Assembly (NCBI GenBank): GCA_964640655.1
Contig: CAZXFT010000007.1
Span: 42,753-106,752, forward strand
From: an uncultured Bifidobacteriaceae bacterium
Lineage (GTDB): Bacteria > Bacteroidota > Bacteroidia > Chitinophagales > UBA10324
Direction of reading: 5' to 3'
Length of the DNA: 64,000 bases
The notes under the pieces are model-generated. The model was not told the DNA's origin. It saw only the letters and a program-made list of their open reading frames with translations, and searched no databases. The translations under genes and the position numbers were made by a program. Of this stretch, positions 28,701 through 41,673 are shown in pieces (position 1 is the first letter of the stretch; every line of letters begins with the position of its first letter).

Positions 28701-30080
28701 AGTCTTCACTTTGTCGCGGCTTTGATATTGCTCGCGCTCGGTTTGAATGCTGATTTGCATTTGTCGGTCGCGGTTTACAAAAACCAAACGCTCGGCACGT
28801 GGAGTCATCTGTTGATCGAAAACAGAAATCTGTGCCACACCGGCAGGAAAACCAGAAACAGGAATGCTTAACATATTGTCGCCTTCATTCAAAACTCTCG
28901 ATGTGCTGAAATAAATTTTACCGCGCACCTGAGCTATCACCATAGCTTTAAACATACCGGTAGAGCGTAAGTTAACCTGTATGTCTTTGCTTTCGCTTTT
29001 CACTTCCATATTAAAACCATGTTGCAGGGCAACAGGCAGGTTCCAGGTCTTGGAAATTTCTTTGGGCTTGGTGATGCTCGCGGTATATGTTTCACCACTT
29101 TGAGGTGTGAAGTAGCAAGAGCCCATTCCTTTATGGTAAGTTTCCAGTTTACATACTTCTTTGCCTTTTGAATCTTTGATAACACCTTCCACACTCAATG
29201 CTTTTCCGTTTTCATCCCATGTTCTGAAAGCCACACGCGCGGGTAAACCTGCTATCATATCGCCACCCTCAGGAAAAAATTCCACCGAGATATTTTCACT
29301 TGAAACAGGCACAGGTTTGTTGATGCTTTCTGTTAACCCGTCATTTTCAATTTTCACATTCATCTGCACATCGCGAGTTTTCAGTTTTGCCGGAAGGTTG
29401 TATCGTACATACATTACGCCGTCGTCGCCGGTGGTTGAGGTACCTTCTTTAAATTTTAAACCATCAGCTTTCAGTTCATATGTAAATGATTTGTTTCTTA
29501 AAGGCTTGTTTTCATTAGTGCTCACAGAAAACTTTGAGATTACTTCCTCTCCTTTTGTATAACTGTCTTTGTCGAAAGTGAGGTTCATCTTCACACGTGG
29601 AAGTATCACTTTCTGCAACAACACTTCTTTTTCAAATGCAATGCTATCGTTCTCGTTACGCATCCAGTTGGTGTATGCTTTCACTTTATAATAGCCGCCT
29701 GCCATGGTAGTGTTGGTTCCAAAATCACCACCACATACTCCGTTTCGGGCTATCAGATTCATCGTTTGCACTACATTGCCCGACGGTGCCAGTAACTCAA
29801 CATGTATTATATCACTCTTATCCGATTTCCGGAGCTGTGCGTTTTTCAGAAATACCGTAAACCAAATGTTTTCACCCGGATTATATATTGGTTGGTTCGT
29901 ACTTAAGTATAGACGCTCTTCCGCAATAGCCTGCGATCGCATATTGAATAGTTTCTCTAAAGAATCGGTTTGTTCGTCTTTTAACTGAACTACATTATCA
30001 TGTGCCTGAAGCATAGAGATAATGGCGATAGCAGCAAGAACCAAAGCCGCTAAAGGTTTAAGGATGGTGAAGTTTCGCAT
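25734..30080 (-). CDS. alpha-2-macroglobulin family protein with a thioester-type CFEQ motif
   Basis: Signal peptide and MG-type beta-sandwich repeats, plus a CarboxypepD_reg-like insert (IQVVDGNTGKPIPDAQLKL). GGCFEQTSMSS (CFEQ at 27141-27152) precedes an alpha/alpha-toroid-like region. The ATG at 30080 (MRNFTIL) is preferred over the TTG at 30110. Confidence 0.8.
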   Translation of the reverse strand: MRNFTILKPLAALVLAAIAIISMLQAHDNVVQLKDEQTDSLEKLFNMRSQAIAEERLYLSTNQPIYNPGENIWFTVFLKNAQLRKSDKSDIIHVELLAPSGNVVQTMNLIARNGVCGGDFGTNTTMAGGYYKVKAYTNWMRNENDSIAFEKEVLLQKVILPRVKMNLTFDKDSYTKGEEVISKFSVSTNENKPLRNKSFTYELKADGLKFKEGTSTTGDDGVMYVRYNLPAKLKTRDVQMNVKIENDGLTESINKPVPVSSENISVEFFPEGGDMIAGLPARVAFRTWDENGKALSVEGVIKDSKGKEVCKLETYHKGMGSCYFTPQSGETYTASITKPKEISKTWNLPVALQHGFNMEVKSESKDIQVNLRSTGMFKAMVIAQVRGKIYFSTSRVLNEGDNMLSIPVSGFPAGVAQISVFDQQMTPRAERLVFVNRDRQMQISIQTEREQYQSRDKVKTTVRTLDENGNPIPAIVSAKVVNDQLLSYADDKSSNLLSAMLLEYDLKEKIDEPNFYFDKSEAKSTAALDLVMMTSGWRRFTWKQVLNKEIPLVKKEGELATFSIQVVDGNTGKPIPDAQLKLNNSGSVYQTDKNGKALFTNIDLYETAVFTITAGNYNPGSVQVTSYTSNNTVWLYSKNYMLEEVVVENVGVRHKNIQLVPQMNMMVNEDAVMFGAPQHSRNVIKHKETAQNKVPVKNVEQVKDDESKNLKDEEIVVADNRVKGLFKFDSIVENNQIKVTTYYRSREFPVRKYSASSNYTRTDFASTLFFKHAIETDLDGKAVFEFPTNDLITSFKIIAEGVSNSGLAGRGEKLIFTQLPVTISSKTPGTLTSGDVLSLPVIVKNNSSKTLSGKLSVKFNEQVFASAVADTTLSIAPQTAQVVYRRFTAQQVQMNDTLLLSFMSSDFSDETTVPVKVESRGFPVQQSFSGRDLDRTFSLRIKDALPGSMKVSLTAYPSTVSTILQGISGLLRRPGGCFEQTSMSSYPNAMIMDYLKNSETGDEKVYAQAKELLTEGYNKLVTFETKQKGYEWFGSAPGHEALTAYGLMQFNEYKKLYSGVDESMIKRTADWLMARRDGKGGYLRDGKALDYFGRASEEVTNVYITYALSEAGYGDIQKEVDYAYQTALASSDPYVLALVANTLYNKKDLSRANTVLEKLVKSQSADGAMKGAKQSITCSTGQGLDVETTSLSLLAMMQSNNPDYVKTEKAASYLVNARSGYGDWGNTQATILALKALSKFSLFSKRTAESGTITVYLNDEAIGEASFKAGENGTIEIKGLEKFVKEGSHNLKIKYKGCKVALPYSVNVTYNIGLPPSSEDCDVQLQTSLNTKQCRVGDMVRMNVEIENLRNEGKPSTTAIIGIPAGLSIQAAALKTLQEQNKIAYFEIWENNLVIYLRQMKPEEKLLVPVDLKAEVPGVFEAAASNVFLYYSSEYKNWVAGEQITISK

Positions 30081-30167
30081 AATCTTGTTGATTTTGATAA
30101 GAAGATGCAAGCTTTCACGTCTTTACATAAATGAATCTTCATTTTTAATTAAGTCGCGGTGTGATAT

Positions 30168-30765
30168 TTGTATTTTAGTGCGCGCACTTATTCTTTGAGC
30201 CCCGTTTCATACCATAATCACAGCGACAGCGAGTTAATCTCTCTTTATAAAGAAGAGAAAAACAAAGAGGCATTTGGTACTTTATACCAGCGCCATGCAC
30301 ATCTGGTATTTGGCGTTTGTATGAAATACCTTAAAAATCGTGACGATGCCGAGGATGCGGTGATGCAGATTTTTGAAAAATTGCTCACGGATATTTTAAA
30401 ACATGAAGTTCAGGAGTTCCGCTTTTGGGTGCATACAGTTGCTAAAAACCATTGCCTGATGCATTTACGTAAAGAGCAGAGTTTAATGAAGCATCAGAAC
30501 CAATTAAATAAAGATGCAGGTTTAATTATGGATTTTAGTGAAGATGCGCATCTGGATAAAAACGAATGGAAAGAATTTCAACTGAACGAAATGAATAACG
30601 CTTTAACCAAACTGAATGAGCAGCAACGCATCTGTGTAGAGCTTTTTTACATTCATGACAGGTCGTATCAGGAAATTGTGGAGCAAACTGGGTATTCCAT
30701 GAACGAGGTGCGCAGTTATATTCAGAATGGAAAAAGAAATTTGAAAATACAAATAGAAAAAAGCC

Positions 30766-30779
<14 letters not shown>
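30168..30779 (+). CDS. RNA polymerase sigma-70 factor, ECF subfamily
   Basis: Region 2 (ELISLYKEEKNKEAFGTLYQRHAHLVFGVCMKYL..DAEDAVMQIF) and region 4 (LNEQQRICVELFYIHDRSYQEIVEQTGYSMNEVRSYI). The start is uncertain (TTG at 30168 or in-frame TTG at 30195). Confidence 0.85.
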
Positions 30780-33917
<3,138 letters not shown>

Positions 33918-33940
33918 TTATTTTAATTTTTTAAGATGTC

Positions 33941-33948
33941 CAAAGTTA
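33941..33948 (-). promoter_or_regulatory. candidate -7 box (TAACTTTG) for gyrB
   Basis: Matches TAnnTTTG on the minus strand, 36 nt upstream of the gyrB ATG. Confidence 0.4.
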
Positions 33949-34078
33949 ACAAAAGCATACCTGTTTTTGTAGTAAAAAAAGGGCTCATTACAGCTTATTT
34001 TTTGTTGAAAACTTGTAGTGTAAAAACAGCATCCTGCAAGCTTTTTAAGGCATTTTTACCCAAAATTCAAGTTAGATC

Positions 34079-34654
34079 ATGAAACAAAAATTTTACAGCC
34101 TGCAGATAATGCTGACAATAACCATGTTATGCATTTCTTTGACAAACTTTGCTCAAAAGAAACCTGAAGTAACCAAACCCGACATGCCCATTGACGAGGA
34201 AACAAAAATTGTCAGCTATAAAGGTGTTGTTGAACTCGGAGGCGTAACAAAAGATGAGCTTTTTACGCGAGCACAAAACTTTTATAAAGCCAATTACAAG
34301 AACTACTCTCAGGTGATTCAAACAGCAGATGCCGAAGCCGGTAAGATTGAAGGCAAAGCACAATTTCCTACACAAAAAACTTTGAAGAATGGAGTTAAAG
34401 CACAAGCCGATATGGTGAAGTATAGTATTAACATAATGCTTAAAGATGGCAAGTACAAATATGAAATCACAAAGATAAATATTCAGGCACCAAGCTATAA
34501 GCCTATTGAATCATACTTCAGCGAAACCGATCCGCTGCGTGATGAACATTGGGAAACACTCACTCAGGCCGATGATTTCTTTAACACCCTTGTAGGTTTA
34601 ATTAAAGAATCAATGGAAAAGCCCAGCACATCAGTTAAAAAAGAAGACTGGTAA
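34079..34654 (+). CDS. DUF4468-like (TBP-like fold) secreted protein
   Basis: Signal peptide. The pattern YKGVVELGGVTKDELFTRAQNFYKANY..AEAGKIEGKA resembles the DUF4468 family as I recall it. Confidence 0.55.
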   Translation: MKQKFYSLQIMLTITMLCISLTNFAQKKPEVTKPDMPIDEETKIVSYKGVVELGGVTKDELFTRAQNFYKANYKNYSQVIQTADAEAGKIEGKAQFPTQKTLKNGVKAQADMVKYSINIMLKDGKYKYEITKINIQAPSYKPIESYFSETDPLRDEHWETLTQADDFFNTLVGLIKESMEKPSTSVKKEDW

Positions 34655-34710
34655 TGCAACACCAATAGTCCCTTTATCTTGTATATTTCAAACACCTAAA
34701 CCCAACCCTA

Positions 34711-37164
34711 ATGAAAAATAATTTATGGAGTAGCTTCATTTGCCTTGCTGTTGTTATTTGTTCGTACAGTTCATTTGCACAATCCTATTCAGGCTTTCGT
34801 ACAGGCAGCTATGCGGGTATCCATGGAGCATTGTTTAATCCCGCATTTATTGCTGACAACAGACTAAAGTATGATATCAATCTGGTTTCTATGAATGTAA
34901 GTGCAGGAAATAATTTCCTCACCATTGATAACAGTGCATTATTCAACCCTAAGAAGTTTAATGAAGAAGGATTTAAAGAGAAATATGTAACACAAAACCT
35001 GGATGGTAAAACCAAAAATGTATATCTGAACATTGACATTATAGGGCCTGCATTTTTTCTTGAACTGTCAGAAAAAGATGCCTTAGGGTTTTATATGCGT
35101 ACACGTGGAATGGTAAATGTTGACGGAATTGATCAGGGGACTGCCGAAATAGCATACCGTGATTTACGCGACGATGAATTATTAAAACCTTTCAGTGGCT
35201 CGCATGCTTTAATTAATCAAAATCTTTGGACAGAATATGCTTTCCCTTATGCACGTATTGTGCACAATGATGGAGAAAACGTAATTAAACTTGGCGGTAC
35301 CTTAAAACTATTGCAAGGCATTGCCAGCACATATGCCTCTGTAACAGATTACACCTATACTCACCTGAATCGTGATACCATGATTAACATGAGTGGTAAT
35401 GTAGGTTATGGTCGTTCGCAAAATACCTTCTGGCAGGAAGGTGGGGCTAAGTTTAAATTTGAACAAGCCGGCATTGGATTAGATCTGGGAATCATTTACG
35501 AGTATCGTCCAGATTTTGAAGAGCAGAAGTATGATCTAGATGGTGTAAAAGACATTATGCCTAAATACACTGATGTATATAAATTAAAACTTGGTTTTTC
35601 AATTACTGACATCGGAACCATACGTTATAAGAAATCTGACAAGTCTCGTGATTATATAGATAACACAGCTGTTATGGACTTAGACCTGTTCAAGAATCTG
35701 GCAAGCTTTGAAGATATGGACACCCGTATTGAAAATGTTCCCGGTAATGTCCCCGATGCTGCGAACAAGAAAAAGTTTAGTATGAATTTGCCTTTAGCAT
35801 TAAACTTTATGGCAGACTACAGAATAGGCAAAGGCTTTTATCTGAATTTAAATCCAATAGTTGCTCTGCGTGCGGGTAAAGGCGACGTTAATAAAACTCA
35901 TTACTTCACAAACTTCGCGCTTACTCCTCGTTGGGAGAATCGTTGGTTTGGTGTCTACATTCCTGTGGAGTACAACACTTATATGAAGTTCAATACGGGT
36001 TTATCACTACGGTTAGGGCCTGTGTTTGTAGGTTCCGGTAATATTTTATCGAATATTGGCTCCGGAGAAACAAACAAAATTGATGTTGCCGGTGGTGTGA
36101 AAGTGCCAATTCCATATCCTAAACCAAAAGATAGAGATAAGGATGGTGTGAGTGATAAATTAGATTTATGTATTAATCTGAAGGGAACTTGGGAAACCAA
36201 AGGCTGTCCAGACAGAGATGGCGATGGAATACTGGACGATGATGATAAATGTCCTGATGTACCTGGCATCAAAGCATTTAACGGCTGCCCTGATCGTGAT
36301 GGCGATGGTATTCAGGATAGTGAAGATGCATGCCCTGATGTAGCCGGTAAACTTGAAATGCAGGGTTGTCCGGATAGAGATAATGACGGAATTGCGGATA
36401 AGGATGATCGTTGTCCGGATATAGCAGGAATTAAAACATTTAACGGCTGCCCTGATACTGATAAGGATGGGATAGCAGATATTGATGATGATTGTCCAAA
36501 TATTGCAGGACCAAAAGAAAACAATGGTTGCCCATATGCTGATACCGATGGAGATGGGGTGCTGGATAAAGATGATCGTTGTCCAACTGTGAAGGGACCT
36601 ATTGCAAACTATGGTTGCCCATATGTTGACACAGATGAGGATGGTGTATTGGATAAAGACGATGCCTGCCCAACTATTAAAGGCCCTGTCGAGAATAAAG
36701 GTTGTCCATATTCCGATACAGACGGTGATGGCATAATAGATTTGGAAGATGAATGCCCCGCAACTCCTGGTCCTGCAAGTAATAAAGGTTGTCCGGTTAT
36801 TGAAGAAAAAGTGAAAGAAATTTTGAAAACGGTATTCGACAATCTGGAATTTGAAACAGGCAAATCAGTGATCCGTGAATCGTCTTACATAAGTTTAGAT
36901 GAACTGGCAGATTTGCTGATTAAAAAACCTGAGTACCGATTACTCATTGAAGGCCACACAGATAATGTTGGCTCTCGTGAGTCAAATATGACCTTGTCAC
37001 GAAATAGAGCTAATTCTGTTCAGGCTTATCTCATAAACAAAGGCGTAAAAGATTCTCAAATGAAGACCAACTATTACGGTCCTGATAAACCGGTAGACAA
37101 TAATGCTACACCAGAAGGACGTCAGCGTAACCGCCGTGTTGAGTTTAACATTTACTTCGAGTAA
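34711..37164 (+). CDS. OmpA family outer-membrane protein with N-terminal beta-barrel-like region and about 9 thrombospondin type-3 (calcium-binding) repeats
   Basis: Signal peptide and repeated DxDxDGxxDxxDxCP units between about 36120 and 36790. C-terminal OmpA domain (LLIEGHTDNVGSRESNMTLSRNRANSVQAYL..NRRVEF). Confidence 0.9.
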   Translation: MKNNLWSSFICLAVVICSYSSFAQSYSGFRTGSYAGIHGALFNPAFIADNRLKYDINLVSMNVSAGNNFLTIDNSALFNPKKFNEEGFKEKYVTQNLDGKTKNVYLNIDIIGPAFFLELSEKDALGFYMRTRGMVNVDGIDQGTAEIAYRDLRDDELLKPFSGSHALINQNLWTEYAFPYARIVHNDGENVIKLGGTLKLLQGIASTYASVTDYTYTHLNRDTMINMSGNVGYGRSQNTFWQEGGAKFKFEQAGIGLDLGIIYEYRPDFEEQKYDLDGVKDIMPKYTDVYKLKLGFSITDIGTIRYKKSDKSRDYIDNTAVMDLDLFKNLASFEDMDTRIENVPGNVPDAANKKKFSMNLPLALNFMADYRIGKGFYLNLNPIVALRAGKGDVNKTHYFTNFALTPRWENRWFGVYIPVEYNTYMKFNTGLSLRLGPVFVGSGNILSNIGSGETNKIDVAGGVKVPIPYPKPKDRDKDGVSDKLDLCINLKGTWETKGCPDRDGDGILDDDDKCPDVPGIKAFNGCPDRDGDGIQDSEDACPDVAGKLEMQGCPDRDNDGIADKDDRCPDIAGIKTFNGCPDTDKDGIADIDDDCPNIAGPKENNGCPYADTDGDGVLDKDDRCPTVKGPIANYGCPYVDTDEDGVLDKDDACPTIKGPVENKGCPYSDTDGDGIIDLEDECPATPGPASNKGCPVIEEKVKEILKTVFDNLEFETGKSVIRESSYISLDELADLLIKKPEYRLLIEGHTDNVGSRESNMTLSRNRANSVQAYLINKGVKDSQMKTNYYGPDKPVDNNATPEGRQRNRRVEFNIYFE

Positions 37165-37180
37165 TCAGTTAACAGCATCA

Positions 37181-37220
37181 AAAAGAAAACCCCGTCTGAA
37201 TCAGACGGGGTTTTCTTTTT
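37181..37220. terminator. bidirectional Rho-independent terminator (OmpA-family gene / LD-carboxypeptidase gene)
   Basis: GAAAACCCCGTCTGA (37185-37199) pairs perfectly with TCAGACGGGGTTTTC (37201-37215). U-rich tracts follow on both strands. Confidence 0.85.
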
Positions 37221-37240
37221 ATGTCCATTTATGAAATGGA

Positions 37241-38137
37241 TTACAGCATTTTCAAAACCATGTTATCATTCTCAGGATACATTTTATAATTAGCTCCCAT
37301 CACCAATGCGCGGTTGTCTTCATCGTGCCCGGCAGGAAAGTTAAACCACACAGGGTAATCATAATCCGCAACGTGATCGGCTATGATGTCATAAGCCTCA
37401 GCGCCATAAGGTGTTTCGTTGTCTTTCATATCAGTAAACTGACCTACAATAAGTCCGGTTAAATTTTCGAGTTTACCGCTACGTTTCAATTGCATCATCA
37501 TTCGGTCTATGTGGTATAAATATTCATCTATGTCTTCGATAAATAAAATTTTATCATTGGTGTCAATATCTGAATCAGAATTGCTCAATGCATATAACAA
37601 ACTCAGATTACCACCGCATAACTGACCTTCAGCTTTTCCGCTGCGGCACCATTCTGTTGTTTCACTTTTATATGATAGCTTATTACCATTCAATACACTC
37701 AAGATGCTTTGTAAACTCTCATGAGTGTTTGAAGAAAAATTTACAGGCATGCTACAATGCAAAGTAGCTACATCATATACTTTGTTTACATGACTGTGCA
37801 AAACAGTAACATCGCTATAGCCGGCTATCCATTTTGGCTTTTTTATGAATGCACGAAAATCGATGTCATCAATAATTCTCATCGTGCCGTAACCACCACG
37901 TGCACAAAAAATGGCCTGAACCTTAGGGTCGTTCAATTGAGTTTGCAGGTCTTCGGCACGTAGTGCATCGTCACCGGCGAATTGGTTGTGCTGCGCACCT
38001 ATTGATTTACCCAGCCTGACATTATAGCCGGCCTGTTTAAAAAAATCTATTGCCGGTTGGCATTCTTCGGCACTTATTTTACGGGCAGTAGAAACAAATG
38101 CAATTGTGTCGCCGGGGTTCAGCTGAGCAGGAATCAT
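37241..38137 (-). CDS. LD-carboxypeptidase (peptidase S66, LdcA-like)
   Basis: 298 aa. Nucleophile context WIAGYSDVTVLH, plus ARGGYG and a C-terminal FPAGHDEDN-type region. Confidence 0.8.
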   Translation of the reverse strand: MIPAQLNPGDTIAFVSTARKISAEECQPAIDFFKQAGYNVRLGKSIGAQHNQFAGDDALRAEDLQTQLNDPKVQAIFCARGGYGTMRIIDDIDFRAFIKKPKWIAGYSDVTVLHSHVNKVYDVATLHCSMPVNFSSNTHESLQSILSVLNGNKLSYKSETTEWCRSGKAEGQLCGGNLSLLYALSNSDSDIDTNDKILFIEDIDEYLYHIDRMMMQLKRSGKLENLTGLIVGQFTDMKDNETPYGAEAYDIIADHVADYDYPVWFNFPAGHDEDNRALVMGANYKMYPENDNMVLKML

Positions 38138-38254
38138 AGAGTAGTATTGTGGTTTGGTATATTTGAATCGTGATTAAGCATGCATTCTTTGCATAAAAGG
38201 ATAGAATACTTTTTTATTTGCAGGTGCAAGGTTACACAATAAGATTTAGAGTTC

Positions 38255-40327
38255 ATGAGCGATAAGAAACGATATTTAATTACAGCAGCATTACCTTATG
38301 CCAACGGAGGCATTCATTTAGGGCATTTAGCCGGCGCATATTTACCGGCAGATATCTATAGCAGATTTTTACGTTTGCAAGGTAAAGATGTATTATTTGT
38401 TTGCGGCAGCGACGAACATGGAGTACCAATTACACTTGGTGCCAGAAAAGAAGGCATTACACCTAAGCAATTTGTGGACAAATACCACACTTTGATGAAG
38501 CAGTCTTTTGAACGCTTTGGTATTTCGTTCGACATCTATTCTCGAACATCAAACGCCACTCACCATCAGACAGCTCAGGATTTTTTCACCACACTGTATA
38601 ACAAAAATGTTTTTACAGAAGAAACCTCAAAGCAGTACTATGATGAACAGGAAAAAATATTTTTAGCCGACCGATATATCACAGGCACTTGTCCCAACTG
38701 TGGATATGAAAAAGCTTATGGCGACCAATGCGAAAAGTGTGGTACATCACTGAGTCCACGCGAATTAAAAAATCCTGTTTCCGTGATTAGTGGTCAGGCA
38801 CCCAAATTGAAGGAAACCAAGCACTGGTACTTACCATTGAATCATTATGAAGGCTGGCTAAAAGAATGGATTCTACAACAACATAAAGACGACTGGAAAT
38901 CAAATGTGTTGGGTCAATGTAAATCGTGGCTGGATAATGGACTAAATGCGCGTGCAATGACTCGCGACTTAGACTGGGGAGTAAAAGTGCCATTACCCGA
39001 TAGCGAAGGTAAAGTAATGTATGTATGGTTTGATGCGCCAATAGGTTATATATCGGCAACAAAGGAATATTTTGAAGCTAATCCTTCAAAAGGCAAATGG
39101 GAAGATTACTGGCAAAGTGAGGACAGTTCTTTGATTCACTTCATCGGTAAGGATAACATTGTATTTCACTGCATCATCTTTCCAGCCCTACTGAAAGCTC
39201 ATGGTACTTTTATATTACCCGATAATGTCCCTGCTAATGAGTTTTTGAATCTGGAGGGTGATAAACTTTCTACTTCGCGCGGGTGGGCTGTGTGGCTGCA
39301 CGAATATTTAGATGATTTGCCCGGTAAACAGGATGTATTGCGTTATGTGCTCACTTCTACAGCACCGGAAACCAAAGACAACGATTTTACTTGGAAAGAT
39401 TTTCAGGCACGTAATAACAATGAGTTGGCTTCCATACTTGGCAATTTGGTGAACCGTGCTTTTGTATTAACACATAAATATTTTGACGGCACGGTGCCGC
39501 CGTTCGCCGAACAGAATATGAGTGATACAGAACGCGATATTATTTACCAGACCAACGTGATTAAAAAAAGTATAGAGGAAAGTATAAAACGTTTTCGTTT
39601 GCGCGAAGCATTAAATGAGGCAATGAATCTGGTGCGCCTTGGTAACAAATATCTCACCGATACCGAGCCCTGGAAAAAGTATAACACCGATCCCGCAGCA
39701 ACAGGTCACATTCTGAACTTCACACTACAACTGATAGCTAACAGTGCGGTGCTACTGGATTCGTTTCTACCCAACACTACTGAAAAGATTTTATCGATGT
39801 TGAACATCACCAAAAGCATCAGATGGAATGATGCTGGTAATTATCAAATAATTGGTAGCGGGCATAATTTGAACAAACCCGAAATACTATTTGCTAAGAT
39901 TGAAGACAGCGATATTCAAAAACAATTAGACAGACTACACGATCGTAAAAAACAAATGGAAGCCAATAAAACAAATGATTCTGAGACAGTGCAACAAAAA
40001 CAAATCATCACTTATGATGATTTCAGCAAGATGGAACTTCGAATAGGCAAAATTGAAAGTGCCGAAAAAGTTAAAAATGCTGATAAGTTGTTGCAGTTAA
40101 CTGTAAATATGGGAGATGAAATTCGCACAATAGTATCCGGCATAGCTGTGTATTACACACCCGAACAGATTGTCGGACAACAGGTCTGTGTAATATGTAA
40201 CCTTGTACCACGAAAAATTAAAGGGATAGAATCCAAAGGCATGATACTGATGGCCGAAGATGCTGATGGTACTTTACGTTTTATAATGCCTTCTGCCGAG
40301 GTAAAGAATGGATCTGGAGTGTCGTAA
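38255..40327 (+). CDS. metG: methionine--tRNA ligase
   Basis: HIGH-type motif (NGGIHLGHL), zinc knuckle CPNCG..CEKCG, KMSKS variant KLSTSRG, and a C-terminal tRNA-binding domain. Confidence 0.95.
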   Translation: MSDKKRYLITAALPYANGGIHLGHLAGAYLPADIYSRFLRLQGKDVLFVCGSDEHGVPITLGARKEGITPKQFVDKYHTLMKQSFERFGISFDIYSRTSNATHHQTAQDFFTTLYNKNVFTEETSKQYYDEQEKIFLADRYITGTCPNCGYEKAYGDQCEKCGTSLSPRELKNPVSVISGQAPKLKETKHWYLPLNHYEGWLKEWILQQHKDDWKSNVLGQCKSWLDNGLNARAMTRDLDWGVKVPLPDSEGKVMYVWFDAPIGYISATKEYFEANPSKGKWEDYWQSEDSSLIHFIGKDNIVFHCIIFPALLKAHGTFILPDNVPANEFLNLEGDKLSTSRGWAVWLHEYLDDLPGKQDVLRYVLTSTAPETKDNDFTWKDFQARNNNELASILGNLVNRAFVLTHKYFDGTVPPFAEQNMSDTERDIIYQTNVIKKSIEESIKRFRLREALNEAMNLVRLGNKYLTDTEPWKKYNTDPAATGHILNFTLQLIANSAVLLDSFLPNTTEKILSMLNITKSIRWNDAGNYQIIGSGHNLNKPEILFAKIEDSDIQKQLDRLHDRKKQMEANKTNDSETVQQKQIITYDDFSKMELRIGKIESAEKVKNADKLLQLTVNMGDEIRTIVSGIAVYYTPEQIVGQQVCVICNLVPRKIKGIESKGMILMAEDADGTLRFIMPSAEVKNGSGVS

Positions 40328-40395
40328 GCCAATAATTCACTCACAGGTGTATAAATTTAATAAGCTAAAGTTCAACTCCGTTATATTTTCGGGCT

Positions 40396-41412
40396 ATGGT
40401 TATCAGAGAGAACTTCAACCTCCAATCATTCAATACCTTTCACATCAATGTGAATTGCCGATACTTCACCGAATCCAACACAATTGATGACATTCTTGAA
40501 GTATTAAATGATAAAGAATTTCAAAGTACAGATAAACTCATCTTAGGCGGCGGGAGTAATATTTTATTTACCAAGGATTACAATGGCCTTGTTATTAAGA
40601 ATTCTATTCCCGGAATTGAAATCATCAGAGAAGACAGTGAGCATGTGTATGTAAAAGCATCTGCCGGTGTGAATTGGCATCAGTTTGTTTTGTGGTGCAT
40701 CGAAAACAATCTTGCCGGAGTAGAAAACCTCTCGCTCATTCCCGGACAGGTAGGTGCAGCACCAATGCAAAACATCGGAGCGTATGGTGTGGAGATCAAA
40801 GACGTGTTTGACTCTTTGCAGGCACTGCACATAACAAGCAGCGAAATACATTCATTCAATTTGCAGGATTGTGGATTTGGCTACAGAGAAAGTGTATTCA
40901 AAAACAAATACCGAAATCAATACATCATATTAAATGTATGCTTCAGGCTCAATAAAAGACCTGTGTTTTATATAAACTATGGCGATATTAAAAAAACACT
41001 GGAACAGATGCAGGTAAACGAACTCAGCATCAAAGCTGTTAGTGATGCCGTCATTACCATTCGCTCATCTAAACTACCCGACCCTGCGGTTCTAGCTAAT
41101 GCCGGTTCATTTTTTAAGAACCCTGTTATCAGCCAAGATCAATTTGATCAACTCATTCTTCAGTACCCACTGATGCCTAATTATCCGCAGTTTAACGGAG
41201 AAGTAAAAATTCCTGCCGGATGGCTGATTGAACAATGCGGATGGAAAGGAAAAGTGATTGGTAACACCGGCTCCCACCAATCACAGGCACTGGTACTTGT
41301 CAACTATGGCAAGGCTACAGGACCGGAGATTTATCAATTGGCTTTAGATATACAGCAATCAGTGATAGAGAAGTTTGGTATAGTTATTCATCCCGAAGTG
41401 AATCTGGTATAA
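40396..41412 (+). CDS. murB: UDP-N-acetylenolpyruvoylglucosamine reductase
   Basis: 338 aa. FAD-binding N-terminus (ILGGGSNILF), GAAPMQNIGAYG, GYRESVFK, AGSFFKNP. Confidence 0.9.
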   Translation: MVIRENFNLQSFNTFHINVNCRYFTESNTIDDILEVLNDKEFQSTDKLILGGGSNILFTKDYNGLVIKNSIPGIEIIREDSEHVYVKASAGVNWHQFVLWCIENNLAGVENLSLIPGQVGAAPMQNIGAYGVEIKDVFDSLQALHITSSEIHSFNLQDCGFGYRESVFKNKYRNQYIILNVCFRLNKRPVFYINYGDIKKTLEQMQVNELSIKAVSDAVITIRSSKLPDPAVLANAGSFFKNPVISQDQFDQLILQYPLMPNYPQFNGEVKIPAGWLIEQCGWKGKVIGNTGSHQSQALVLVNYGKATGPEIYQLALDIQQSVIEKFGIVIHPEVNLV

Positions 41413-41440
41413 ACACATCGTGTAATCGGGGCTACACGGC

Positions 41441-41448
41441 TATATTTG
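41441..41448 (+). promoter_or_regulatory. candidate -7 box (TATATTTG) driving the tRNA-Arg pair
   Basis: Exact TAnnTTTG match ending 7 nt before the first tRNA 5' end (41455). Confidence 0.5.
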
Positions 41449-41454
41449 CAGCGA

Positions 41455-41526
41455 GGCCCCGTAGTTCAATGGATAGAACGAGAGTTTCCTAAACTCCAAA
41501 TACAGGTTCGATTCCTGTCGGGGCTA
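41455..41526 (+). tRNA. tRNA-Arg (anticodon CCT)
   Basis: Hand-folded cloverleaf. Acceptor GGCCCCG/CGGGGCT, D stem GTTC/GAAC, anticodon stem AGAGT/ACTCC with loop TTCCTAA, T arm ACAGG-TTCGATT-CCTGT, discriminator A. CCA is not encoded. Confidence 0.85.
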
Positions 41527-41548
41527 CAAAGGTTCTTTAAATCATTAT

Positions 41549-41620
41549 GGCTCCGTAGTTTAATGGATAGAACGAGAGATTCCGGTTCTCTTGGTGGGGG
41601 TTCGATTCCCTCCGGAGTCA
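41549..41620 (+). tRNA. tRNA-Arg (anticodon CCG)
   Basis: Hand-folded cloverleaf. Acceptor GGCTCCG/CGGAGTC, D stem GTTT/GAAC, anticodon stem AGAGA/TCTCT with loop TTCCGGT, T arm GGGGG-TTCGATT-CCCTC, discriminator A. Confidence 0.85.
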
Positions 41621-41673
41621 CTATTAAAACATATATACAATAGCAGCGTTATATTAGCGCAAAATCAATCCAA

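Noticed and set aside
30131-30167. ECF-type promoter (TGAATC ... GTCG) upstream of the sigma gene
   Set aside because: The resemblance to AAC-N16-CGT promoters is loose, and the spacing cannot be verified without a known consensus for this ECF group.
36100-36800. Tandem DNA repeats of about 40-70 bp
   Set aside because: They are the coding image of thrombospondin type-3 calcium-binding repeats in the OmpA-family protein, in a single open frame. The minus-strand ORFs here (35979-36272, 36312-36524, 36609-36863) are shadows.
41446-41643. 65-aa ORF in the track
   Set aside because: It lies exactly over two well-folding tRNA-Arg genes, so it is a translation artefact.
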